Below the pieces are notes generated by a model. That model searched no databases, was not told where the DNA came from, and worked only from the letters and a program-made list of their open reading frames with translations. Below are positions 1 through 10,143 of a DNA stretch of 64,000 nucleotides, piece after piece (the stretch's first letter is position 1; every line of letters starts with the position of its first letter). Origin of the DNA: an uncultured Thiotrichales bacterium (GTDB taxonomy: Bacteria > Pseudomonadota > Gammaproteobacteria > UWMA-0217). A program made the position numbers and the translations under genes. The DNA is taken from NCBI GenBank assembly GCA_964614535.1, contig CAZTOZ010000071.1, positions 7,675 to 71,674 on the forward strand. Reading direction: 5' to 3'.

Positions 1-765
1 AGGACATTCCAGCGGTTGCAATACCGCTTTTGCGCGCACATACGGCGGCCGGAGGCGATCCCCGTGCCCGCCGGCGTGGAGGATCGCCGCATGGCGGTCT
101 ACCGGGATCTCTTCTTCAACAATGTCGTCGGATTTCTCGACAACGCTTTCCCGGTGCTGCGGTCGCTCTATGACGAGACGGCCTGGCAGCGCCTGGCGCG
201 CGCCTTCTTCGCCGACCATCGCTGCCGGTCACCCTACTTCGCCCAGATCGCCGAGGAATTCCTCGATTTCCTGCAGAACGAGTATCGGCCGACCGATGAC
301 GACCCGCCGTTTCTGCTGGCGCTGGCGCACTACGAATGGGCCGAGCTGGCCTTGTCGATACTCGACGAGTGCCCCGACTTCGCCACCATCGACCGTCACG
401 GCGATCTGCTGGCGGCGGTGCCGGTACTGTCACCCACCGCCTGGCTGTTGAGCTATCAGTGGCCGGTACAGCACATCCGCGCCGAATTCCAGCCGAGGGA
501 ACCACTGGCGCAGCCAACGCACATCATCGTCTATCGCAACCACCGGGACGAGGTGGGCTTCATCGAGGCCAATGCGGTGACGGCACGGCTGTTCCAGCTT
601 CTCGATAACAACGAGGAAGCCACCGGGCGGACACTGCTGGAGACCATCGCACGGGAGCTGGATCATCCGAGCCCCGATGTGGTGGTCGACGGCGGGCACC
701 AGATTCTGACACGGCTGCACAAACTCGACATCATCACCGGCACGCGCATCGCCGGCCACGACTGA
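1..765 (+). CDS. DUF2063-family protein (putative DNA-binding domain; HvfC-like), probably truncated at its 5' end by the window edge
   Basis: The frame is open from nt 1, and the first ATG is at 16. The translation carries the 'AVYRDLFFNNV...FP' and 'HYEWAELAL' blocks typical of DUF2063 proteins that accompany DUF692 enzymes. Confidence 0.6.
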   Translation, partial: RTFQRLQYRFCAHIRRPEAIPVPAGVEDRRMAVYRDLFFNNVVGFLDNAFPVLRSLYDETAWQRLARAFFADHRCRSPYFAQIAEEFLDFLQNEYRPTDDDPPFLLALAHYEWAELALSILDECPDFATIDRHGDLLAAVPVLSPTAWLLSYQWPVQHIRAEFQPREPLAQPTHIIVYRNHRDEVGFIEANAVTARLFQLLDNNEEATGRTLLETIARELDHPSPDVVVDGGHQILTRLHKLDIITGTRIAGHD

Positions 766-835
766 CATCCCATTTGCGACGGCCGGCCGATACGAAGACA
801 ATCACCGGCCTGCGCTCATCGATTTCGGGTCATTC

Positions 836-2098
836 ATGCAGCTCAACCGTCCCCTGCTCGCCTGGGCACTCTACGACTGGGCCAACTCGGTCTTCGCCGT
901 GGTCGTGCTGACGACGTTTTTTCCGCTGTTCTTCCGCGACCACTGGGCCGAGGGGCTGGGCTCGACCGAAACCACGTTCCAACTCGGCCTGGCCAATGCC
1001 TCGGCCAGTCTGCTCATCGTCATCGCCGCGCCACTGCTGGGCGCCATCGCCGACCAGGGCGGGCTACGCAAGAGAATGCTGTTGCTGGCGGCCGCCATTG
1101 GCATCACTGCCACCGCCGGTTTCTTCTGGATTCCGCAAGGCGCCTGGCTACCGGCCGTGGCGCTGTTTCTGCTCGCCACGGTGGCCTGGATGGCGGCCAA
1201 TGTCTTCTACGATGCGCTGTTGCTGGAGGTGGCGCCGAAAGGGCGTTTCGATCAGGTCTCGGCGCTGGGTTTCGCGCTCGGCTATCTCGGCAGCGGGCTG
1301 ATGTTCGCCGGCTGCATCTGGATGACGCTGGACCCCGCTCTCTTTGGCCTGGCCGATCCGGTGGCCGCGGTCCGGCTGACGTTTCTGCTCACCGCGCTGT
1401 GGTGGGCGCTGTTCACCCTGCCACTGCTGCTGTGGGTGACGGAGCGAAAGCGCCACCACGGTGCCACGCCGGCCGGCGCGGCCCGGCGGGGCTACCGCCA
1501 ACTGCTCGATACTTTCCGGCAGATCCGCCGGTTGCGGCCCGTACTGCTGTTTCTGGCCGCCTACTGGCTCTATATCGACGGTGTCGATACCGTCATCCGC
1601 ATGGCGGTGGACTATGGCAAGGCCATTGGCTTCGACACCGCCGGCCTGATCAAGGCGGTGCTTATCACGCAGTTCGTCGCCTTCCCGGCGGCACTGTTCT
1701 TCGGCTGGCTCGGCGGGCGGATCGGCGCGAGAAACGCGATTCTGATCGGCATCGGGGCCTATGTCGCCATGACGATCTGGGCCTCGCAAATAACGCAGAG
1801 CTGGGAGTTCTACGGCCTCGCGGTGGGGATCGGGCTGTTTCAGGGCGGTATCCAGTCGCTGAGCCGCTCCTATTACGCCTGCCTCATTCCGGCCGACCAG
1901 GCGGCGGAGTTTTTCGGTTTCTACAATATGCTGGGGAAGTTCGCCGCCATCGTCGGGCCGATGATGGTGGGCACGGTGGGGATGTTGACGGGCGATGCCC
2001 GGACCGGGCTGTTGTCGCTGCTGGTGCTGTTCGGCGCCGGCGGGGCCCTGCTGCTGTTGCAACCGGCTCAGTGCGACGCGGGAACGGATTTGAGATAA
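836..2098 (+). CDS. MFS transporter, UMF1/Atg22-like family
   Basis: The 420-aa product is multi-pass hydrophobic. It carries the N-terminal 'AWALYDWANSVF' motif characteristic of the UMF1 family. Confidence 0.7.
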   Translation: MQLNRPLLAWALYDWANSVFAVVVLTTFFPLFFRDHWAEGLGSTETTFQLGLANASASLLIVIAAPLLGAIADQGGLRKRMLLLAAAIGITATAGFFWIPQGAWLPAVALFLLATVAWMAANVFYDALLLEVAPKGRFDQVSALGFALGYLGSGLMFAGCIWMTLDPALFGLADPVAAVRLTFLLTALWWALFTLPLLLWVTERKRHHGATPAGAARRGYRQLLDTFRQIRRLRPVLLFLAAYWLYIDGVDTVIRMAVDYGKAIGFDTAGLIKAVLITQFVAFPAALFFGWLGGRIGARNAILIGIGAYVAMTIWASQITQSWEFYGLAVGIGLFQGGIQSLSRSYYACLIPADQAAEFFGFYNMLGKFAAIVGPMMVGTVGMLTGDARTGLLSLLVLFGAGGALLLLQPAQCDAGTDLR

Positions 2099-2979
2099 GT
2101 GATGAGGGCCTTGGCGTCTTCGTCGGTCAAGTAGGCCATCGTGTGGTAGGCAACGCCCGACAGTTCGGCCGGGCTGTGGCTGCCATCGGGGCGCAACCCG
2201 TTCTTGAAGTAGCGCAGCAGATGCTGCTCGCTCCAGTATCCGATGCCGGTGGTTCTGTTCTGGGTGATGTCGGGAACCGTGGTGTTCATCACCATGCGGC
2301 TGTCATCGCCGGCCAGATAACGCGTCTTGTCCATCACGCCGATGAAGTTTCTCGGGGTGTGGCATTCACCACAATGCATCACCGCGTCGGCCAGATAACG
2401 ACCGCGGTTCCAGGCCGCCGAACGCAACGGATCGGGGCGGATCACCCGCCGCTCGAAGGCCAGCCGCTTCCACAACTGCACCGAATTGCGCCAGACGAAC
2501 AAGGCACGACCGTTGCGGCCGTTCTTGCGTTCGACCGGCGGAATGCTCCTGAGATATTCGTGTACCGCCAGCAGATCCTCGTTCCGCATGCTGCTGAGCG
2601 AGGTGTAGGGAAACACGGGGTAGTAGTGCGCGCCCTTGGGGCTGACGCCATACTGCATCGCCACCATGAACTCCTCCTTCTTCCACCGGCCGATGCCGGT
2701 TTTCTCGTCGGGCGTGATATTGGGGGAGTAGTAGGTGCCGAAACGGGTCTCGAAACGGCGTCCGCCGGCAAACGCGGTTGCCGGATCGTGCAGGTCGGAG
2801 TGGCAGTTCTTGCAGCCAGAGATTTCGGCCAGATAGCGGCCGCGCGCAACCAGCTGCTCCGGCGACAACAACCGGCTGGTGCTCATGTCGGGATGGGGAC
2901 GGACGCCGGAGAGCGTCAATGCAATCACCGTGGCGATGGTCAGCAGAAGAAATGCCAGGATCCAGCTGGTCAGCTTCAT
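2068..2979 (-). CDS. dihaem c-type cytochrome with an N-terminal signal anchor
   Basis: There are two CxxCH motifs (CKNCH and CGECH) and an N-terminal hydrophobic segment. The product is 303 aa. It could be TsdA-like, but that was not verified. Confidence 0.7.
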   Translation of the reverse strand: MKLTSWILAFLLLTIATVIALTLSGVRPHPDMSTSRLLSPEQLVARGRYLAEISGCKNCHSDLHDPATAFAGGRRFETRFGTYYSPNITPDEKTGIGRWKKEEFMVAMQYGVSPKGAHYYPVFPYTSLSSMRNEDLLAVHEYLRSIPPVERKNGRNGRALFVWRNSVQLWKRLAFERRVIRPDPLRSAAWNRGRYLADAVMHCGECHTPRNFIGVMDKTRYLAGDDSRMVMNTTVPDITQNRTTGIGYWSEQHLLRYFKNGLRPDGSHSPAELSGVAYHTMAYLTDEDAKALITYLKSVPASH

Positions 2980-3097
2980 CCGATACTACCGGCTGTGATG
3001 CGATCGCTCTGCGTCATCGTCATGGTCCCAAGGGGAGTGTTACCCGACCCGTGATAGTACGATAAACTGCGCCGTCCCCGCATCACCGAATCCCGAA

Positions 3098-4399
3098 ATG
3101 AAGTCACCCGAACTGCTGGCGCCCGCCGGCACCCTGAAAAGCCTGGAATTCGCCTTCGCCTATGGCGCCGACGCGGTCTATGCCGGGCAGCCACGCTACA
3201 GCCTGCGGGTGCGCAACAACGAGTTCCACGGCGAGAGGCTCGCCACCGGGATCGAGGCGGCTCACCAGCGCGGCGGGAAGTTCTTTCTCACCGTCAATAC
3301 GATGCCTCACAACAGCAAGGTGAAGACCTTCCTCGACGATTTGGCACCGGTGGTGGCACTGGGACCGGACGCACTGATCATGGCAGACCCGGGGCTCATC
3401 CTGCTGGTGCGGGAAACCTGGCCGACGATGCCGATCCACCTCTCGGTGCAGGCCAACACCGTCAACTACGCGGCCGTGCGTTTCTGGCAGTCGGTGGGCA
3501 TCGAGCGGGTCATCCTCTCGCGCGAGTTGTCGCTCGACGAGATCGCCGAGATCCGGCAGCAATGCCCCGACATCGAGCTGGAGGTCTTCGTCCACGGCGC
3601 CCTCTGCATCGCCTATTCGGGCCGCTGCCTGCTATCGGGCTACTTCAACCATCGCGACCCCAACCAGGGCACCTGCACCAACGCCTGCCGCTGGGGCTAT
3701 GAGCTCAAGCCGGCCATCGAGGATGCCGCAGGCATCTACCGCCCCCCGGACGACGACGGGCAACACCACCCGTTGAGCGGGCAAGCCTGGTTCGTCGAAG
3801 AGAGGAATCGTCCCGGTGAGCTGATGCCCATCATGGAGGACGAGCACGGCACCTACATCATGAATTCGAAGGATCTGCGCGCCGTCGAACACGTTCACCG
3901 GCTGGTCGAGATCGGCATCGACTGCCTCAAGATCGAAGGCCGCACCAAGTCACACTACTACGTGGCCCGCACGGCCCAGTCCTACCGCAAGGCCATCGAC
4001 GACGCACTGGCGGGCCGCCCCTTCGACGACAGCCTGCTGGGAACACTGGAGAATCTCGCCAACCGCGGCTATACCGACGGCTTCTATCAGCGACACCACA
4101 GCCGCGAATACCAGAACTACCTCGAAGGCGCCTCCAAAAGCCGGCAACAGCAGTTCGTGGGGGAAGTGCTGCGTTACGACCCCAACGACGGCTGGGCCGA
4201 GGTCGATGTAAAAAACCGCTTCGCTATCGGTGACCGGCTGGAAATCATCTCACCGGAGGGCAACTACGACATCCGGCTCGAATGCATGGAGAACCGTGCC
4301 GGCGACCCCATCGAGGTGGCGCCGGGCAACGGCCATGTCGTCCGGATGCCGCTGCGCCGGCCGTCATCGGGCCATACGTTGATCGCCCGTTACCTCTGA
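3098..4399 (+). CDS. U32-family peptidase (YegQ/TrhP-like)
   Basis: The N-terminal 'ELLAPAG.L..L..A..YGADAVY' block matches U32. There is a Cys-rich centre, and the product is 433 aa. Confidence 0.8.
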   Translation: MKSPELLAPAGTLKSLEFAFAYGADAVYAGQPRYSLRVRNNEFHGERLATGIEAAHQRGGKFFLTVNTMPHNSKVKTFLDDLAPVVALGPDALIMADPGLILLVRETWPTMPIHLSVQANTVNYAAVRFWQSVGIERVILSRELSLDEIAEIRQQCPDIELEVFVHGALCIAYSGRCLLSGYFNHRDPNQGTCTNACRWGYELKPAIEDAAGIYRPPDDDGQHHPLSGQAWFVEERNRPGELMPIMEDEHGTYIMNSKDLRAVEHVHRLVEIGIDCLKIEGRTKSHYYVARTAQSYRKAIDDALAGRPFDDSLLGTLENLANRGYTDGFYQRHHSREYQNYLEGASKSRQQQFVGEVLRYDPNDGWAEVDVKNRFAIGDRLEIISPEGNYDIRLECMENRAGDPIEVAPGNGHVVRMPLRRPSSGHTLIARYL

Positions 4400-4449
4400 C
4401 GGCCCGCCGGACGAGGGGCGCCTGGACGATGCCCCCGGGCGGGGCAAGG

Positions 4450-6897
4450 TCAGGCGTGCAGTTTGAAGACCGCTGCCGCCGGGATCTCTTGTGTGTCGCT
4501 GTTGAAAATCGCGGTCTCAGTCTCCCGCACGATCTGATAGACGCTGAAGAAGTCTTTCGGGTCGCAGGTGATGCTATCGGCCTCCTGCTGCACCAACCAG
4601 GTCACGATCTCTTTGTTGTCCGACGCCATCGAGCCACAGATGTCCACCGCCTTGCCGTGGCGGCGAGAGGCGCGGATCGCAATCTCGATCATCTTCCGCA
4701 CGGCCGGATTGCGTGCATCGATCTCGCTGAAATGGCCACAATCCTTGTCGACGCCGACGGTCAGTTCGGTGAGATCGTCGGTACCGATGGAGAAACCATC
4801 GAACAGTTCCAGAAAGTCGTCGGCCATGAGCACGTTGGCAGGCGTCTCGCACATCATGAAGATATGCATTCCGTTTGCGCCACGGCGCAGGCCGTTGGCC
4901 TGAATGATCGACAGCACCTTCTCACCCTCTTTGAGCGTGCGGACGAAGGGCACGATGGCATTGAGGTTGTTCAGCCCCATCTCGTAGCGGACCCGGCGCA
5001 GCGCCTCGCATTCGAGCTCGAAACACTCCTGGAAATTCTTGGAGAAGTAACGCGCCGCGCCCCGCAGGCCCAGCTTTGGATTCTCTTCGTGGTCTTCGAA
5101 GGACTCGCCCGAGAAGAGCGCCGCATACTCGTTGCTGCGGAAGTCGGAGAAGCGCACCATGACCGGTTTCGGATAGAAGGCGGCCGCGATCCTGCCGACG
5201 CCCTCGGCGAGCTTCTCGATATAGTACTCCCGGCGGTCGGCGTAGCCGGCCACGATGTCGTCGATCTCGAACTGCACCTCCGGCGCCTGCCCTTCGTACT
5301 CCAGCAGCGCGCGCGGATGAATACCGATCGAGTTGTCGATGATGCTCTCCAGCCCGACCAGACCCACCCCCTCCACTGGCAGACGCGAATAGACCAGCGC
5401 CTTGTCCGGGTTGACCAGGTTGAGCTTCAGCCCGGTGCTGGTGGGCGGCAGATCCCCGACGCTGTATTCGGTGACGGTATAGGGAATCTCCCCCTCGAAG
5501 ACACAGCCCGTGTCATATTCACCGCAGACGACCGTGATCAGCTGGCCGGTCTCGATATTGGCGGTCGCATTGGTGCAACCAATCACGGCGGGGACGCCCA
5601 TCTCGTGGGCGATCGAAACGGGATGGGAGTAGCGCCCGCCACGATCGGTGACGATGGCCTGTGCGCGATCGAGCACCGGCTCCCAGTCCGGCGAGGTGCA
5701 ATCCGTCACCAGGATCTCCCCCTCCTCGAGCCGGTCCATCTGACGGATATCGGTGATGACTCGTGCCCGACCGGTGACGACCGCCTGCCCGACGCTCTTT
5801 CCGGTCGTCAGGATCCAGCCACGATCCTCCAGCGTGTGTTCGACCAGAACGTCCTTTCGGGCATTGGAATGGATGGTCTCCGGTGCGGCCTGAACGATGT
5901 AGAACACCCCGGTCAACTCGTCCCTGACCCACTCGACTTCCATGGGGCAGGCCTTTCCGACGAGCTGGGAGCAGTATTGTTCGATCTCCAACGCCAGCAG
6001 CGCAAGCGTCAGAACTTCGTCGTCACAGAGGGAAAAGCGGTTGCTTTCGGCCGGCGGTACGCTGATGTCGATGACGGAACTGGAGATGCCGGTACTGTCG
6101 GTATAGACACGCTTGACCGACTTGTCGCCTCGCTCACGCTTGATGATGGGGCGGTAGCCTTTTTCCAGCGTCGGCTTGTAGACCATGAACTCGTCGGGAT
6201 TGACGACGCCGTCGTTGATGCTCTCACCCAATCCGTAAGTGGCGGCGATCGTCACGATATCGGAATAGCCCGTCTGGGGATCGACGCTGTACATCATCCC
6301 CGAGACGCAGCGGTCGGAATAGACCATCTTCTGGACCGACACGGCAACGTCGAGATCCCGGGCATCCAGCCCCTGCTTGACGCAATGGGTCAGAATCTTC
6401 GCCGAGAACGCATCGGCAAAGACCCGCTGCACCGCCTGCAACAGCTTGACCTCGCCGGTGACGTTCAGACAGGCCGACTGTTCGCTGATCAGCGAGATGT
6501 TATCGGCGATGAAGGGTGCGTTGCGGACGATGAGAGGACTCTGGGAGCTGTCGCCACGACCGATCGATGCGTAGGCCAGGCAAAGCTCCTCCGCAATCTC
6601 GGCCGGCATCCGGCCACGCAGTATCCGGCTCTGGATCGAGGCCGCCGTCCGGTTGAGTGAGGCGACACTGCCCGTATCCAGCCGGTCGAGCTGATCGTCG
6701 ATGAAGGCGTCCAGTTCGTTGAACGCCAAATAGCGCCGGAAAGCCTGCTTGCCCAGCACGAATCCGGACAACACCTGGATGCCTCGCTGTGCCATTCCAT
6801 CCGACATCTCACCGAGCATGGCATTGGCGAAACCGTATTCGTCGGCAGAGCCAAGATCCAGATCGGAGAACTCGCGAATGTAGCGCAACTCGCTCAT
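4450..6897 (-). CDS. ppsA: phosphoenolpyruvate synthase
   Basis: The product is about 815 aa with PEP-utilising and mobile-domain motifs. The start is taken at MSELRY, which has an AGGA Shine-Dalgarno. The 26-codon extension shown in the track (KKKNNNNN) is the AT-rich 5' UTR read through. Confidence 0.9.
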   Translation of the reverse strand: MSELRYIREFSDLDLGSADEYGFANAMLGEMSDGMAQRGIQVLSGFVLGKQAFRRYLAFNELDAFIDDQLDRLDTGSVASLNRTAASIQSRILRGRMPAEIAEELCLAYASIGRGDSSQSPLIVRNAPFIADNISLISEQSACLNVTGEVKLLQAVQRVFADAFSAKILTHCVKQGLDARDLDVAVSVQKMVYSDRCVSGMMYSVDPQTGYSDIVTIAATYGLGESINDGVVNPDEFMVYKPTLEKGYRPIIKRERGDKSVKRVYTDSTGISSSVIDISVPPAESNRFSLCDDEVLTLALLALEIEQYCSQLVGKACPMEVEWVRDELTGVFYIVQAAPETIHSNARKDVLVEHTLEDRGWILTTGKSVGQAVVTGRARVITDIRQMDRLEEGEILVTDCTSPDWEPVLDRAQAIVTDRGGRYSHPVSIAHEMGVPAVIGCTNATANIETGQLITVVCGEYDTGCVFEGEIPYTVTEYSVGDLPPTSTGLKLNLVNPDKALVYSRLPVEGVGLVGLESIIDNSIGIHPRALLEYEGQAPEVQFEIDDIVAGYADRREYYIEKLAEGVGRIAAAFYPKPVMVRFSDFRSNEYAALFSGESFEDHEENPKLGLRGAARYFSKNFQECFELECEALRRVRYEMGLNNLNAIVPFVRTLKEGEKVLSIIQANGLRRGANGMHIFMMCETPANVLMADDFLELFDGFSIGTDDLTELTVGVDKDCGHFSEIDARNPAVRKMIEIAIRASRRHGKAVDICGSMASDNKEIVTWLVQQEADSITCDPKDFFSVYQIVRETETAIFNSDTQEIPAAAVFKLHA

Positions 6898-7401
6898 CGT
6901 CCTGGGACGGGTGACAGTGACGGGTGAATGACCGTGGTTGTTATTATTATTCTTCTTTTTGTTGAGAAAGATCATCGTTTTTCAGCCAGTTGGTAATCGA
7001 GACGACCCCGGCGACGGGGCCAGACACGTCGGCATGGTCCTATGGGCAAACGACATCCAGATCTTTCTTGCGCCCAGCCGGTCTTGTTTCAGGGCATGAC
7101 GCTTCCACGTCGCGGTTGTCCCTGACATCCCTGTAATTTCTGCTAGTAAACGGGGCAGTCAAATTTCCGACGCCCCTGGCCGACGAACGGACGACTCGCT
7201 CTCCCCTGGAGCTTACCCCAACAGTCCGCGTCCGCAGCCTTTCAAGACAATAACGAAATCAACAAATTTCATGTGATTTCAATACGATAAGATGACTATA
7301 CTGTAGTTGCCCCGACAAGTAAAACTTGCTGGCCGTCAGGGAGAGCCCCACCCGCTCCAGCGGAACGGTTTTACTGACGAAGTGACAATATTCCGACACA
7401 T

Positions 7402-8388
7402 TCATTGACAATCTGGCGCATCGATTCCCTGCCCGCTGCCCTGCAACAACGTGTGAATCGTCACCTCCGGCGGGCAGTTGTAGCGGACATCGACCACCGA
7501 CGCCCCCGACCCCCGCGAGGTGTATCCGTGCATGCCACCATAGCGCCAGCTGCCATTACAGACGGCACGCGGCGCCTTGGCGTTGCACATCAGCGGGAAG
7601 CCACCCGGCAGACAGATCTGACCGCCGTGGGTATGGCCGCACAGGAACACGTCGAATCCCGCATGGGCCGCATGCCGGTAGGTCTCGGGGCTGTGGGACA
7701 GCAGAATCGACACCGCATCCTCCGGAATGGCGTCCGCCGCCTTCTCCAGATTGTGCGCCTTGTAGTAGTGTGGATCGTCGATGCCCGCCAGGTAGATCAG
7801 CTCGCCGTCCCGTTCGATCACGGCCGACTCGTTCAGCATGACGTGGATGCCCATGCCTTCCAGACCGGGCACCATCTCGATCGAATCGTGGTTGCCGAGA
7901 ATGGCGTAGACGGGGTTGGAGAGCGCGTTGCGGACGCGCTTCATCGCCGCCAGCGCCTTCTCGTAGGGGCCAAAGGTCTTGGCGCGAAAGTCGCCGGTGA
8001 TCACGCAGACGTCGTAGTCGAGACCGTCGATGCGTTCGATCAGCGCACCGGCCATTTCGTCATTGACGTCGAGATGGAGGTCGCTCAGATGGAGAACCCG
8101 GAAGCCGTGGAACGGCCGGGGCAGCCGGGGCAGTGCGATCCGGTTCTCCGTCAGTTCCAGCCGCAACGCATTGCGGCGCCCCCGGCCGTGGAGCAGGCTC
8201 AGGCGCAGGGTGGTGCGGATGAGCGCATGCACCGAGTACCAGTTTTCGATGTGGAAAAACCCCAGCCCCTGCCCGAAGACGCGCTTCTCCTTCTCCTGCT
8301 CGATCTGCTTGCGCATCTTCAGATGCACGGGGTGGACACGTTTCTCGAGCAGGGTATGGATCGGGTTCTTCGCTGGCAGACTGGTCAT
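7402..8388 (-). CDS. calcineurin-like metallophosphoesterase
   Basis: The translation has 'VLHLSDLHLD', 'GDF...' and 'LGNHD' metal-binding blocks. The start is taken at MTSLPAK. Confidence 0.75.
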   Translation of the reverse strand: MTSLPAKNPIHTLLEKRVHPVHLKMRKQIEQEKEKRVFGQGLGFFHIENWYSVHALIRTTLRLSLLHGRGRRNALRLELTENRIALPRLPRPFHGFRVLHLSDLHLDVNDEMAGALIERIDGLDYDVCVITGDFRAKTFGPYEKALAAMKRVRNALSNPVYAILGNHDSIEMVPGLEGMGIHVMLNESAVIERDGELIYLAGIDDPHYYKAHNLEKAADAIPEDAVSILLSHSPETYRHAAHAGFDVFLCGHTHGGQICLPGGFPLMCNAKAPRAVCNGSWRYGGMHGYTSRGSGASVVDVRYNCPPEVTIHTLLQGSGQGIDAPDCQ

Positions 8389-8590
8389 TGTTTCAGAGCT
8401 GTTTCTGGTAGCCGGGCTGAGGTTTATAGCAATGAACGTCCCGGGCAACAGGGAATTTGTTCATAGTTCGACAGTCTCCCGGCAGAAATTGTTCCATGCC
8501 GGTTGCATGGCGGCGAACCCTTGCCACCCTCCCGATGAGACAGCGGTAACATTGTTATACTTGCGTTTTGCCTGACCGGTTCGAGAACAC

Positions 8591-9637
8591 ATGACACAAC
8601 AGAGAAAAGCCGTCGCACTCATCTCCGGCGGCCTCGATTCGATGCTCGCCGCCAAGCTGATGCTCGAGCAGGGCATCCATGTGGAAGGCATCACCTTCTT
8701 CACCGGCTTCTGCACCGATGGCCTGCACCACATCAGCGGCGTCTATCGCGACAACACCCCCACCCGCAACCACGCCTTCTGGGTGGCGGAACAGCTGGGA
8801 ATCGAACACCACATCATTAATATAGTCGATGAATACAAGGATATCGTCCTCAACCCCAGGCACGGCTACGGCGCCAACCTGAACCCTTGCCTCGACTGCA
8901 AGATCTTCATGGTCGGCAAGGCCCATCAGTGGATCCGCGAACATGGTTTCGACTTCATCGTCACCGGGGAGGTGATCGGGCAGCGCCCCAAATCGCAACG
9001 CAAGGACACGATGCCGGTGGTCGCTCGCGAGTCCGGCGCCAACGATCTGCTGCTGCGCCCGCTGAGCGCCCTCAATCTGCCGCCGACGCTGCCGGAGCGG
9101 GAGGGGTGGGTCGATCGTGACAAGCTGCTGGGGCTGTCGGGGCGCTCGCGCAAGCCGCAGATGGCGCTGGCGGAGAAGTACGGCATCACCGAGTACGCCC
9201 AGCCGGCCGGCGGCTGCTGCGTGCTCACCGACGAGAACTACACCCACAAGCTGCAGGACTTCTGGGCCCACCGTGGCCGGCGCGACTACGAATTCGACGA
9301 CATCCTGCTGCTCAACATGGGCCGCCATCTGCGCCCGGCGGAGCACTTCAAGCTGATCGTCTCACGCGAGGAGTCCGAGACCCGCTACATGGAGGGCTAC
9401 CGCAAGCAGTTCCACCACATCAAGACCGTCAGCCACCCAGGCCCGATCACGCTGATCGACGCCGACGACCTGAGCCGGGAGGACTGGCTGCTGGCGGCGC
9501 GGATCACGGCACGCTTCAGCAAGGGGCGCGATGCCGACGCGGTGCAGGTGCGAATGACGCCCAAGGGTGGCGAACCGGAACTGATCGAAGTGCAGCCACT
9601 GAAACCGGACGAAGTCCGTAAGGAGTGGTATCTATGA
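8591..9637 (+). CDS. PP-loop ATP pyrophosphatase, MnmA/ThiI-like tRNA thiouridylase paralog (CxxC...CC variant)
   Basis: The 'ALISGGLDS' PP-loop is present. 'NPCLDCK' aligns with MnmA 'NPDILCNK', and 'GGCCVL' aligns with the MnmA second catalytic Cys region. The product is 348 aa. Confidence 0.6.
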   Translation: MTQQRKAVALISGGLDSMLAAKLMLEQGIHVEGITFFTGFCTDGLHHISGVYRDNTPTRNHAFWVAEQLGIEHHIINIVDEYKDIVLNPRHGYGANLNPCLDCKIFMVGKAHQWIREHGFDFIVTGEVIGQRPKSQRKDTMPVVARESGANDLLLRPLSALNLPPTLPEREGWVDRDKLLGLSGRSRKPQMALAEKYGITEYAQPAGGCCVLTDENYTHKLQDFWAHRGRRDYEFDDILLLNMGRHLRPAEHFKLIVSREESETRYMEGYRKQFHHIKTVSHPGPITLIDADDLSREDWLLAARITARFSKGRDADAVQVRMTPKGGEPELIEVQPLKPDEVRKEWYL

Positions 9638-9666
9638 GAACGAACGACACGACCAGGACAGAGACG

Positions 9667-10143
9667 ATGAACAAAATCACATTGATCGCCATCACCCTCG
9701 TTGCCATCCTCGGCGCCTGTGGTCAGGCGCCGGCCGCCAGCGGCAAGAAGATCGGCCCCGCCATCGTCCACACCACGGACAACGACTTCGAATGGGCCAA
9801 GGAGAACCTGCTCACCGCCATCGCCAACAAAGGCCTGGTGTTGAGCGCCACACTGCACGCGGCAACCATGCTCAACCGCACCGGCCCGGACCTCGGTTTC
9901 GACAAGCAGGTGTACAAGGAGGCCGAGACCTATCTCTTCTGCAAGGCCGACATCTCCCACAAGCTGGTGGCCGCCAACCCGCACAATATCGTGCTCTGCC
10001 CCTACGCCATCTCCGTCTATACGCTGACCGACCAGCCCGGCGTCACCTACTACAGCTACCGCGAACCCTATGACAAGGAGGCGGCCTACGCGCCCGTGGC
10101 CGAACTGCTGGAATCCATCGTCCAGGAGGCGCTGGACCAGTAG
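9667..10143 (+). CDS. DUF302-domain lipoprotein
   Basis: The signal peptide ends in an LGAC lipobox. The DUF302-like core is about 130 aa. Confidence 0.6.
   Translation: MNKITLIAITLVAILGACGQAPAASGKKIGPAIVHTTDNDFEWAKENLLTAIANKGLVLSATLHAATMLNRTGPDLGFDKQVYKEAETYLFCKADISHKLVAANPHNIVLCPYAISVYTLTDQPGVTYYSYREPYDKEAAYAPVAELLESIVQEALDQ

Noticed and set aside
6898-6975. N-terminal 'MIFLNKKKNNNNNHGHSP...' extension of PpsA
   Set aside because: It is read-through of the AT-rich 5' UTR. The conserved PpsA N-terminus starts at MSELRY, which has an AGGA Shine-Dalgarno.
7330-7400. Imperfect hairpin (gtaaaac...gttttac) downstream of the phosphoesterase gene as a terminator or ncRNA
   Set aside because: The stem has many mismatches and there is no U-tract. 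It is kept only as a note within the long ppsA upstream region.
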